A stretch of 64,000 nucleotides of DNA from IMG/VR virus record IMGVR_UViG_3300025012_000003; one strand, given 5' to 3'. Source of the DNA: a virus. The notes under the pieces were generated by a model. It was not told the DNA's origin. It saw only the letters and a list, made by a program, of their open reading frames with translations, and made no database searches. Numbering within the stretch: the first letter of the stretch is position 1; every line of letters begins with the position of its first letter. A program made the position numbers and the translations under genes. Below, one piece after another: positions 7,801 to 16,273 of the stretch.

Positions 7801-7833
7801 AAAAAAGAGAGGTTCTTTTTTTGAGAACCTCTT
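7801..7833 (-). terminator. Intrinsic terminator upstream of the tmRNA/tRNA array
   Basis: AGAGGTTCT-loop-AGAACCTCT followed by a T run. Confidence 0.8.
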
Positions 7834-8181
7834 GAAGAAATCTTTTCTTTTGTATCGTTGGAGATTAGTCATCTCCTCCGTAAGAGGTTTTTGTTCTCAT
7901 GCCTGTGCAATCCACGCTATGTCCTTCAAAATTAATTGACGGATTCGCTATGGTATAATTTTGTTGTAGCATGAGTTCCATTTTATTTTCTTTCTGACCC
8001 GTTAAGGGTATCATCTTTTCTAATTTGAGTCCTAAGTATTTGTTACTCGGTATGAACTTAGGGATAACCGAAGATAGTTTTTAGTTGCGTAGCTATCATA
8101 ACAACAAATATTTGATTTTCTAATTATAATATAAAGTAGTGTTAAAAAAACTATTATATTTTTTCTTTACTCTATATAACC

Positions 8182-8210
8182 ATTATATCATGAGATGAAT
8201 TCTTTGTCAA
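8182..8210 (-). promoter_or_regulatory. Consensus sigma70 promoter for the tRNA-operon leader
   Basis: TTGACA-N17-TATAAT. Confidence 0.85.
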
Positions 8211-8224
8211 GTATTTAATTTAAA

Positions 8225-9265
8225 TTAATCGGTAAATCCTTTTTCCTTTAATTTTTTAATATAAGAAGTGTCCAAGTATTGAATATCTATATTATCTCTT
8301 GTGGCTCCTAACCTTCTAACATTTTGATTTAAAAAATTAAGTAAAAATTCAGTATCATCTAAGTCTCTCGTTGTTTCTGATAAACCTGCGACTTCCCATA
8401 ATTTTGTATAAGAGGAGATAATAATTTGATAATTCCATTTTCTTGGAGTCAACGCTTTCATAGCGACTTCATGAAATAAATCACCTCTGAATAGATAAAC
8501 ATTTCCTTTATCATCCACGAGTCCTCGAACTTCATCAAATTGTTTGAACATTTTATTTAATTCATTTGGGGAAGGATTAACAAAAATATCGGCTTCTCCG
8601 TTACCTCCCCTAGCTGTTGTTACATAGTCTTCATGAGTATCATTAATATTTAATATGACTTTAGGAGTAATAACTACAGCTTCCCAGTCAACTCCAGAAC
8701 GCTTATATAAATCTTTTAGATTGGAGATTGAAACACGTTTCTCTATATACGTTAAAGAAGGATGGTACTCTTCATTATACTTTACCCAACCATCAAGAGG
8801 TACTACTACACCATCTTTTAATTTAAAGAATTTTTGGAAATCCCATTCATATTTCCAATCTGCTATATCTTTAATCAGATATTTTAATCTTTCATTACTT
8901 CTTTTTATGGAAGCATCTCTATTTAAACTATTACTACTATGGTCAAAAAATACTACTTTAGTATCACTTTCTACCAGACCTGCTGTTAATCCTTCAGTAT
9001 TTAAATCTTCTATCTTATTAATCATATCATCGTGAAGAGCTAATCCCCCAACCCACATATATAAGTCATCATTACCATCTATAAAATATCTAAGTCTAAA
9101 TTTTTTATCATATTTGTGTCTACTATTATCATTATAACCTATTTTTACTAATGCCCTAAAATCACTGGAGGTAGGATTTTTAAACACTTCCACTTCTTTA
9201 GAGTAGTTACTTTTAACTACTCCATAAAATTCTTCTGTTATCTTTTTAATTTTCTTTAAACTCAT
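8225..9265 (-). CDS. Putative head-internal protein, two repeats of an FxNP domain
   Basis: N-term MSLKKIKKITEE; repeats VEVFKNPT and ADIFVNPS; function is inference. Confidence 0.6.
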   Translation of the reverse strand: MSLKKIKKITEEFYGVVKSNYSKEVEVFKNPTSSDFRALVKIGYNDNSRHKYDKKFRLRYFIDGNDDLYMWVGGLALHDDMINKIEDLNTEGLTAGLVESDTKVVFFDHSSNSLNRDASIKRSNERLKYLIKDIADWKYEWDFQKFFKLKDGVVVPLDGWVKYNEEYHPSLTYIEKRVSISNLKDLYKRSGVDWEAVVITPKVILNINDTHEDYVTTARGGNGEADIFVNPSPNELNKMFKQFDEVRGLVDDKGNVYLFRGDLFHEVAMKALTPRKWNYQIIISSYTKLWEVAGLSETTRDLDDTEFLLNFLNQNVRRLGATRDNIDIQYLDTSYIKKLKEKGFTD

Positions 9266-9718
9266 TTATCCAATCACCCATTCAACTTGTTCTGGAGAAT
9301 ATCCAAACCTAGACACATCAGGGTCTGATAAGAAATCGTTAGTAAGTTCTTTTACATCTTCCTCATCTTCAAATTCTTCTTCGTCCCTGTATCCAAGTAT
9401 GTTCATGTAAAGTTCTATCTTATCAGGAAACATTTTCCCTTGAAAGGTATCAGCTTCCATTCTTTTATAGTCTTCATCATCCATAACACTTCCGTGTAAG
9501 ATTCTACCATCCCAAACATACAGAGCATCACCTATGGTAAATCTCACGTATCCAAATTCTTTAAAAAGTTTATATAGTTCTTGTTTAGAGGGATTTCTAA
9601 AGATATCTACATTAGTGTCTCCTTTAAGACCACTAACCATAGCAGTCATAGAGTTTCCTTTCACTAAAATAGATTTATAATACTCTTCTGTTATCTTTTT
9701 AATCTTCTTAAGACTCAT
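9266..9718 (-). CDS. Paralog of 8225..9265, one FxNP domain
   Basis: Likely start MSLKKIKKITEE at 9718; VDIFRNPSKQEL. Confidence 0.6.
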   Translation of the reverse strand: MSLKKIKKITEEYYKSILVKGNSMTAMVSGLKGDTNVDIFRNPSKQELYKLFKEFGYVRFTIGDALYVWDGRILHGSVMDDEDYKRMEADTFQGKMFPDKIELYMNILGYRDEEEFEDEEDVKELTNDFLSDPDVSRFGYSPEQVEWVIG

Positions 9719-9760
9719 TAAATATATTTCCAATAGTAATCTATTTAAAATATAAAACTT

Positions 9761-9946
9761 TTACCAATTTATCATATACCCTTCGTAAGACCCTCCCATA
9801 CAAGAAAAGTCATGTTTACTTTCTCTTACCACGGAATATTTCTTTTCAAGAGAAGGAAGTATCTCTGCTATGTTGAATACTAAAGTTCCCTTACATCCTA
9901 ATGCTTTAGCTTGTCTAATCTTCTCTCTCACTTCACCTAGATTCAT
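9761..9946 (-). CDS. Hypothetical protein
   Basis: 61 aa ORF with SD. Confidence 0.55.
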   Translation of the reverse strand: MNLGEVREKIRQAKALGCKGTLVFNIAEILPSLEKKYSVVRESKHDFSCMGGSYEGYMINW

Positions 9947-9950
9947 GAAG

Positions 9951-10166
9951 TTATACCTCTTCTACTTTCTTTATTTCCCAAGATAAAGTTTCCTCTGATT
10001 CTAATTCAAAATCTCCCTTATCTATTTGAATCGGCAATTCGTCATTAGCTACACAACCAGTTAATAATTGTGTTATTACATGTTGAGCTTCGTCAGAATT
10101 ATCTACTCCAGTTACTATATAAGTATACCTGCTAACTTCTTCAGTTATTATTTTAAATTTTCCCAT
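9951..10166 (-). CDS. Hypothetical protein
   Basis: 71 aa acidic ORF. Confidence 0.6.
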   Translation of the reverse strand: MGKFKIITEEVSRYTYIVTGVDNSDEAQHVITQLLTGCVANDELPIQIDKGDFELESEETLSWEIKKVEEV

Positions 10167-10169
10167 TAC

Positions 10170-10604
10170 CTATCCCTCCTTGTACTTCTCATTTAAATCT
10201 TTAAATAGTTCTTCTCCATCTAATAAATCTTTTTCAAGATGAAGTTCATCCTCGGCTTCGTTTAGTTTATTAAATAAATCTTCTATGCTTTCACATCTTG
10301 TAAGATTGATTCCATTCTCAGCTTCAAACATAGCTTCGAGGGTTTCTGCATTAGGAATATGAGAACTATACTCAAGTGTCTTATATCCATCTGGGCTTTC
10401 CCCATCAGTTTCTATATAATAGTTTTCTATATCTTTTGCATCCACTACTATTTCAGAGACGTAATAAAAATCATAATCTCCATACTCATCTGTTTGAGAA
10501 TACATCTCACATAGTCTATCCGCATGTTCTTTGCTACTAAATGCTTCTACTGGATAATCTCCATCCATGCCTAGATTGTGCATTACAACGTATACTGTAT
10601 CCAT
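10170..10604 (-). CDS. Hypothetical acidic phage protein
   Basis: VYVV...VEAFSSKEHA motif typical of small phage proteins. Confidence 0.65.
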   Translation of the reverse strand: MDTVYVVMHNLGMDGDYPVEAFSSKEHADRLCEMYSQTDEYGDYDFYYVSEIVVDAKDIENYYIETDGESPDGYKTLEYSSHIPNAETLEAMFEAENGINLTRCESIEDLFNKLNEAEDELHLEKDLLDGEELFKDLNEKYKEG

Positions 10605-10948
10605 TATTCCTCCAGTAATTTTATTCTACTGGGAGATATGTCGACAAGAGAGGCTAACTGCCAATGCTCTAAAGCACTTAGGCTTAATCCTTTTATATCC
10701 ACCTCAAAAAGAATATCTCCCAGCCAATCCTTTTTATTTGTACTTAGATATACATATTTCCCATCTCTACCATATTCAATTTTTAATCCGTGTTTTAATA
10801 TGCTTTCTAAATTTTTAGAGTCAGTACGATGATAAGCTTTCTCTCTTGATAAGTTAAAAGCACAAATCTCACAGGATGTTAAATTCCTATCTTCTTTCTT
10901 GTACTTGCAAGTGTGGGGTTGTTGTTCTTCATAACATAAGATATTCAT
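10604..10948 (-). CDS. Tpt1/KptA-like NAD-binding (ART-fold) domain protein
   Basis: AYHRTD...SILKHGL...YVYLS...LFEVD motif set. Confidence 0.65.
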   Translation of the reverse strand: MNILCYEEQQPHTCKYKKEDRNLTSCEICAFNLSREKAYHRTDSKNLESILKHGLKIEYGRDGKYVYLSTNKKDWLGDILFEVDIKGLSLSALEHWQLASLVDISPSRIKLLEE

Positions 10949-11267
10949 TACTTACTCGCATACCCTACAGCAAATATTAATAATGCTATACCAGCAAACA
11001 TCCAAAATACTTCCACCTATTTCTCCTTATTGTTCTTACTCTCTTTCAAATATTTAATTATTTCTTTAATATAATACACTGTCAAATGAGTAGCTAACAG
11101 GAGCATTATTAAGGCTAAGGAACCCACCATGACTATTAAAATAATATTTAATATTATTTCCATTACTTCTCCTTGTGATTTATTGTTATAGTCATTCCGC
11201 CATGAATTAAAAATCCAAATGCTAAAACTATTAAGGCTAATCCTGCAAAGGTTCCGAATAAATACAT
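10948..11267 (-). other. Three tiny coupled single-TM ORFs (11163-11267, 11017-11163, 10948-11016)
   Basis: MYLFGTFAGLALIVLAFGF..., MENNIKYYLIVMVGSLALIMLLL..., VEVFWMFAGIALLIFAVGYASK; the lower two follow AAGGAG SDs. Confidence 0.6.
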
Positions 11268-11581
11268 TATGTTTCTACCTCCTGTATATAGAATGCTAAA
11301 GTTCTGTCAGGATGTTTCTCTTCAGAATACTTCTGCATGCAACTAGAACATTCTATGGCTTTCTCTTTGGTATTGAATTCATCCAACTGAATATCTTCTC
11401 CGTCTTCTCGTATCATTCTGACACGATATCTCTTATTAGATGGTTCGATTCCAGATAACTCGGGAAGATTTTCTGCTATCATTCTTTCAGCATCTTCTCT
11501 TAATTCGGGAGGAAGATATTCCTTCAACTCATTTAATTTTGTAAATATATGTATTCTGTAAGCATCGTCTTTAGATTCCAT
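11267..11581 (-). CDS. Hypothetical protein
   Basis: 104 aa ORF. Confidence 0.6.
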   Translation of the reverse strand: MESKDDAYRIHIFTKLNELKEYLPPELREDAERMIAENLPELSGIEPSNKRYRVRMIREDGEDIQLDEFNTKEKAIECSSCMQKYSEEKHPDRTLAFYIQEVET

Positions 11582-11590
11582 GATTATTCC

Positions 11591-12043
11591 TTATACTTCT
11601 ATACAATGTTGTTTAAATACTTTTAAATCAAATAGAAAATTTTTACTATTACTGTTAGCATCTCCACCAACTACTATGGTTTTAAATAATTTATTAACTA
11701 TCATATTCTTAAGTTCTTTTGTAGGAATAAGATAGAGGCTTGCCTTATCTTCCGATTCGTGTATCTTGAAGCAGTACATGTCAGCCTCTGAAGTTTGAAT
11801 GCCTGAAGCCTTACCTCTGCATTCATACTCTACTCCTACGTTTCCTGTTCTTGCACAGGTAAAATCTTGTTTAACTTCTACCTTTAGGTATGTTCCTTTC
11901 TTGGTATAGAATAAGATATCATATTTATTATCGTGATTGTACCTTACAAAATCGCATCCATACTTTTCGCATATAGCACATGCAACTTCATATTCACATT
12001 GTTCCGCTAATTCTTTATCCTTTGTGTAGTTGTAGTGATTCAT
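11591..12043 (-). CDS. PD-(D/E)xK nuclease-like protein
   Basis: YDIL...VEVKQD...TGNVGVEY. Confidence 0.7.
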   Translation of the reverse strand: MNHYNYTKDKELAEQCEYEVACAICEKYGCDFVRYNHDNKYDILFYTKKGTYLKVEVKQDFTCARTGNVGVEYECRGKASGIQTSEADMYCFKIHESEDKASLYLIPTKELKNMIVNKLFKTIVVGGDANSNSKNFLFDLKVFKQHCIEV

Positions 12044-12074
12044 TTACTGTCTCCTACTTTATTTATATATAATT

Positions 12075-12103
12075 ATAATAGCATAAATTAAAATAGAATG
12101 CAA
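12075..12103 (-). promoter_or_regulatory. sigma70-type promoter
   Basis: TTGCAT-N17-TATTAT. Confidence 0.6.
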
Positions 12104-12120
12104 GTATATGTTAAGTTATA

Positions 12121-12384
12121 TTAATTTTCTACGACAAATCTAACTTTACATCCAGTACAGATTGTCATATCTGTAAGAATAGTTAAAGGCTCATAATAAT
12201 AAGTCTCTTTTCCACATTTGGGACAACGACTTAGTTTTTTTAAATTTTTCGGAATAAATTTAGTAATCTTTAATTTTCTTAATAAATTAATGAAAAATAT
12301 TTTCAATCTATGCTTTTTATAATAAGCTAGATAAAACATGTTTAGGTCTAACAAATATTTTCCAAAGGCATCTCTAAAATTCAA
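12121..12384 (-). CDS. Zinc-ribbon hypothetical protein
   Basis: CPKC...CTGC. Confidence 0.5.
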   Translation of the reverse strand: MNFRDAFGKYLLDLNMFYLAYYKKHRLKIFFINLLRKLKITKFIPKNLKKLSRCPKCGKETYYYEPLTILTDMTICTGCKVRFVVEN

Positions 12385-12394
12385 TTCAATCTCC

Positions 12395-13138
12395 TTATAT
12401 TAAACTAAGTCCATAGTTTATCATAGTTATCTTTGCATTAACATAGGCTAAAGCATATTGTTGATTAGCTACAGCATATCCTCCGTTAGTTTGAATAGAG
12501 GTTACATAAGCATTCCAAGCTTGAGAAGTAGCAGAAGAATTATAAACCTCTACGGCATAATTAAAAGTATAATTATCTGGAGCATATCCTCCTAGTATAA
12601 TATCTGACTCTGAATCACAACACATGTTAGCTAGGTTATGGGAACACATAGCAGCGTGAATAGAGGTATTAGCATTAGCAGAATCAACTATACTATTATA
12701 AACATTAACAGCATCTTCTTGCATATTAACCACAGTATGAACATTAGTATCCTCACTATTCACAGCCTTAGCTACAGAAGCAGCCATACTAGCACCTTCT
12801 GAAGCAGTAGAAGCTCTCGAAGAATTTTCCACAGTTTGATTACTGAGATAAGCTACAGCAGAGGCTAAAGCTTCAGAGGGTCTTCCATCATTAGGGTAAT
12901 TTATGATAAAACCATTTATACATTGCTGTGTTGCATAAATTCCATACTGTATCTTTTTAGTGCGGTCTAATAATCTTAGTACTACAAAGTTAGCCCAATC
13001 ATAATGTTCCTCCGTTACTAATTCATTTATTAATACGGTAGAATCTATTTGGACTTGTACTCCGAAGTAAGATACAGCCCAAGTATATAAATCATTGGGA
13101 GCTTTTTCTTCCCTAAGCCATTGTAATGTTATTTGCAT
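12395..13138 (-). CDS. Imm5-like helical domain protein
   Basis: YPNDGRPSEALASAVAY and Ala-rich helices; N-term MQITLQWL. Confidence 0.5.
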   Translation of the reverse strand: MQITLQWLREEKAPNDLYTWAVSYFGVQVQIDSTVLINELVTEEHYDWANFVVLRLLDRTKKIQYGIYATQQCINGFIINYPNDGRPSEALASAVAYLSNQTVENSSRASTASEGASMAASVAKAVNSEDTNVHTVVNMQEDAVNVYNSIVDSANANTSIHAAMCSHNLANMCCDSESDIILGGYAPDNYTFNYAVEVYNSSATSQAWNAYVTSIQTNGGYAVANQQYALAYVNAKITMINYGLSLI

Positions 13139-13148
13139 TTAGTCTCCT

Positions 13149-13427
13149 TTACTTATATTTATCATATTTAAATGTTAAATTTGATTTCGGCTCGTCATCG
13201 ATTATTTCAGTAAGTTCCCTCATCATGAGAGCTTTAGTTTCCCACTCTTTAAATTGTTCCTCGGTCATTATTTCGTAGTCTTGATGCTCAAGATAAAATT
13301 CTATGAAATAAGATTCTTCATTACATCCCGCTAAATCACTACCTGCAAAGCAAGAGAGTACCTCTCCGTCTTCGTATTTCATAAGATAATGTCCACTATC
13401 AGGACTTGTTAAATATACTTTATTCAT
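13149..13427 (-). CDS. MxEL family protein, motif internal
   Basis: IMTEEQFKEWETKALMMRELTE + 16 aa. Confidence 0.75.
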   Translation of the reverse strand: MNKVYLTSPDSGHYLMKYEDGEVLSCFAGSDLAGCNEESYFIEFYLEHQDYEIMTEEQFKEWETKALMMRELTEIIDDEPKSNLTFKYDKYK

Positions 13428-13777
13428 GAAACTAATTCCTGCATCATCTTGTATTTATTTAAAATCTCGAAAGCTTCTTTCTGATAATTTAATTCGTATA
13501 TATCCCAAGCACCTTTACAATCTCGATATCCTAAAATGGAATCTTCATATTCAGAAGCATATCTGTGTTTATCATGAGGGTATTCTTTGTCCACAGAAAA
13601 GTCTTCTGATATCTCCCATTCTAACCAAGGATAGTCTCTAAAGAAAGAATCTTTAGTTCTATTAGGAGCATGTAAGTATCCCATAATAAATTCTCTCCCT
13701 CTATCTCCTTCATTGAATTCAAGAGCGAGATAAACTTTCTTAGGATTTATATTCGTTTTTGGAGTAAATTTATTCAA
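13424..13777 (-). CDS. MxEL-tail family protein
   Basis: Tail EILNKYKMMQELVS*. Confidence 0.8.
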   Translation of the reverse strand: MNKFTPKTNINPKKVYLALEFNEGDRGREFIMGYLHAPNRTKDSFFRDYPWLEWEISEDFSVDKEYPHDKHRYASEYEDSILGYRDCKGAWDIYELNYQKEAFEILNKYKMMQELVS

Positions 13778-14001
13778 CCTACCAACTCTCTTAAGTATCT
13801 TATTCTTTCTACCTCTTCTTTATTTTCTAATAGAGTTACACTATTTACATTAAAGAATTCATTATGGTAATCAGAATCATAAAAGTTATGAACTATTTTA
13901 TAACCACTTCTTATAAATTCTTGTCCCCTTCTATTAGTATATAGATATTTACAATGACGGCTTCTTTTCATAATCTGGTCGATACTTGTAATCTTAATCA
14001 T
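13774..14001 (-). CDS. MxEL-tail family protein
   Basis: Tail ENKEEVERIRYLRELVG*. Confidence 0.8.
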   Translation of the reverse strand: MIKITSIDQIMKRSRHCKYLYTNRRGQEFIRSGYKIVHNFYDSDYHNEFFNVNSVTLLENKEEVERIRYLRELVG

Positions 14002-14298
14002 CTAATCCACCAGTTCCATCATCATTAAAACTCTGGTCATCTCTTCTTTTTCTTCAGGAGAACATTCCCACACATTAGTTATGTATCTGTTATTTATGTG
14101 CATTTTAAGATTAGCTTCGTCCCTTCCTCCTCGACGAGAATGCTCAGAAGGATTCTCAGATACATAAGTAAATTTCCAAATATCAAACAGGGACTTCTCA
14201 GCTTTCTCAAATGTATAATAGCCGATAACTCCATCATCCTCTTTAGAGAAATAAAGCTTATTGTAATCAAATTTATTTATATAATCTATCTTTCTCAT
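14002..14298 (-). CDS. MxEL-tail family protein
   Basis: Tail ECSPEEKEEMTRVLMMMELVD*. Confidence 0.8.
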   Translation of the reverse strand: MRKIDYINKFDYNKLYFSKEDDGVIGYYTFEKAEKSLFDIWKFTYVSENPSEHSRRGGRDEANLKMHINNRYITNVWECSPEEKEEMTRVLMMMELVD

Positions 14299-14302
14299 TT
14301 AA

Positions 14303-14506
14303 TTACTTTAATTCTTCCAATTCCTTTTTGTACTTTGATTTAATTATAAAAGCAGTTATGGCATAGTAAATAATTGATACTATAGCAAGTGAGATTGTAA
14401 TCTCACACACTGGGAAAGGACTTGCTATAAGAAAAAAAGAAATCCCTATAAGAGTAAATGCCAAGATACAAGATAGTCCACAAGAGTATAATAAAAATTT
14501 AAACAT
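14303..14506 (-). CDS. Small two-TM membrane protein
   Basis: Hydrophobic 67 aa. Confidence 0.6.
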   Translation of the reverse strand: MFKFLLYSCGLSCILAFTLIGISFFLIASPFPVCEITISLAIVSIIYYAITAFIIKSKYKKELEELK

Positions 14507-14798
14507 GTTTATCTCCTTTTAATATTTCTAATAATAATAGTTTAGCTCTTTTATTCCATTCGTTAAAGTAGTCATCTCCATAACATTCTATTACAGCTTC
14601 ACAAACTCTTCTATACTCGTTCTCTAAAATCATACCGTCATTAAGAGCAGTTATAAAATACTCTCTCCAATCAATAGAGAAATTATATCTACTTAATTCG
14701 TTCAATGCTAATGACAAGGGAAGACCGTGAGTATGATAAATCTCATACACTTTCCCTCCGCCTATTACAGATTTACCATCTTCTGTTATCTTAATCAT
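14499..14798 (-). CDS. Alanyl-tRNA synthetase-like fragment protein
   Basis: IGGGKVYEIYHTHGLPLSL resembles AlaRS xSGxxAFxLYDTYGFPxDL. Confidence 0.55.
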   Translation of the reverse strand: MIKITEDGKSVIGGGKVYEIYHTHGLPLSLALNELSRYNFSIDWREYFITALNDGMILENEYRRVCEAVIECYGDDYFNEWNKRAKLLLLEILKGDKHV

Positions 14799-15056
14799 TT
14801 AATTTATCAACTCCATCATTACTAATTTTCTATCTATTTCTTCTTGGTCTAGTATGTAATTTTTAACATGTCCAGACTTACATAACTGATTATAAATGTC
14901 TTCCATGCTATAAAATCCAGTGCCTATTTCATGCAGTCCTTTAGGGGTTACAGCATAATGCCTGACTCTACTTCCTTCTTTAACGTAGAGTGAATCAGCC
15001 TCTATTCCTTCCATGTATATTTTTGTTATATCATTCCAACTGTAGAATTTAGCCAC
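14799..15056 (-). CDS. MxEL-tail family protein
   Basis: Tail LDQEEIDRKLVMMELIN*. Confidence 0.8.
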   Translation of the reverse strand: MAKFYSWNDITKIYMEGIEADSLYVKEGSRVRHYAVTPKGLHEIGTGFYSMEDIYNQLCKSGHVKNYILDQEEIDRKLVMMELIN

Positions 15057-15349
15057 TATTCTTCTATTCCTTGGAACAAGTCCATTATCTGTATTTTGTA
15101 ATCTCCCATAGCTTCTATAAGCTTAGGGTCTAAAGTACTTGGAGTATTCTCGTCTATGATGGCATAGAGTTTTACCCAATCCACTCTTAGGTTAGTAGAG
15201 ATGGCTGTTTGTAAAAACACTATAGTAGCTTGAGAGGCTGCTCTGAGATAGTTAAATTCAGTTCCGTTCTCGCATCCCATCATCATATCATAAGACAGGG
15301 CTTTAATTAGGTCTATTACTCCTGCGTAAACTTCTTGTTTATCTGTCAT
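15056..15349 (-). CDS. Hypothetical protein
   Basis: 97 aa ORF. Confidence 0.6.
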   Translation of the reverse strand: MTDKQEVYAGVIDLIKALSYDMMMGCENGTEFNYLRAASQATIVFLQTAISTNLRVDWVKLYAIIDENTPSTLDPKLIEAMGDYKIQIMDLFQGIEE

Positions 15350-15399
15350 GGTTTTTCTCCATTATCATATTTATGAAATCATAAGGTTTATATAATTTC

Positions 15400-15427
15400 A
15401 TTATATCAAATGTTCTTTCTTTGTCAA
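15400..15427 (-). promoter_or_regulatory. sigma70 promoter
   Basis: TTGACA-N16-TATAAT. Confidence 0.65.
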
Positions 15428-15475
15428 GACTAACTTGTTCTCTTTCTTGTATTGGTCTTGGTTCTATTAATACTT

Positions 15476-15553
15476 TCATTCAATCAGCTCCTTCATTATC
15501 AGCTCTTTTTCAAATTCTTCTTTTGTTAAGATATCTAAACTAAAATATGTTAT
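15476..15553 (-). pseudogene. Relic MxEL cassette consisting almost only of the tail
   Basis: ATA-TYFSLDILTKEEFEKELIMKELIE*; expected TCATGA junction reads TCATAA. Confidence 0.6.
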
Positions 15554-15843
15554 GATATTAATTCCTGAATTAAAAGATGTCTATTGACTTCTTCCATCAT
15601 TTCTTCGTAGGAACTAAATTGTTTAACTACCTTATATTTACATACTGTATTTATATGTACATTTTCTGAAATAAGATAACCATCTCTTACTCTTTCTTCA
15701 CTCTGAGTTCTTTCAAATTCATTAGCTTTACCAAATCTAAAAGCATAGGATTTATATGTTTCTTTATACGAGAAAGAACCTCCGACAGGGGATACAAATT
15801 CATCGTTTAGGAAAGGTTGAACTTGTACATAAAAATTAGTCAT
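15550..15843 (-). CDS. MxEL-tail family protein
   Basis: Tail EEVNRHLLIQELIS*. Confidence 0.8.
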   Translation of the reverse strand: MTNFYVQVQPFLNDEFVSPVGGSFSYKETYKSYAFRFGKANEFERTQSEERVRDGYLISENVHINTVCKYKVVKQFSSYEEMMEEVNRHLLIQELIS

Positions 15844-16273
15844 TGATTAACTCTTCCATAACGTACTTGGATAAAAATATATCTTCTCCTTTACTTAACA
15901 TAGGTTGAAAACGCTCTTTGCAATCTTCGAAAGAATCAAATAAGAGTTTTATAACAGGTTTTGAATTTGTATATAATCTTATCAAATCGTAAAATAAATC
16001 TGACCTGTTAGTATTTATACGCTCCCATCTTTGAGATTTCAAAGTATGAATGTATCGGGGATAAAATCCTATCATACTAAAATCTTCTCTACAAGAATAT
16101 CTTATAGGCATTAGTCCCGTAAACTTCTTATTAAATACTTCTACGAAATAGCTCATGCTAGAATAGAAGATACTGTTATCTAAGCGTTCTTTTTCTATCA
16201 TAGGTTTTATAGTGAGTTCGTACCAAACATCTTGGAACTTTAACTTCTGTACAAGTAGCTCATGTCTATTCAC
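15836..16273 (-). CDS. MxEL-tail family protein
   Basis: Tail FLSKYVMEELIND*. Confidence 0.8.
   Translation of the reverse strand: MNRHELLVQKLKFQDVWYELTIKPMIEKERLDNSIFYSSMSYFVEVFNKKFTGLMPIRYSCREDFSMIGFYPRYIHTLKSQRWERINTNRSDLFYDLIRLYTNSKPVIKLLFDSFEDCKERFQPMLSKGEDIFLSKYVMEELIND

Noticed and set aside
7936-7959. Plus-strand TTGACG...TATAAT promoter-like pair
   Set aside because: The spacer is only 12 nt.
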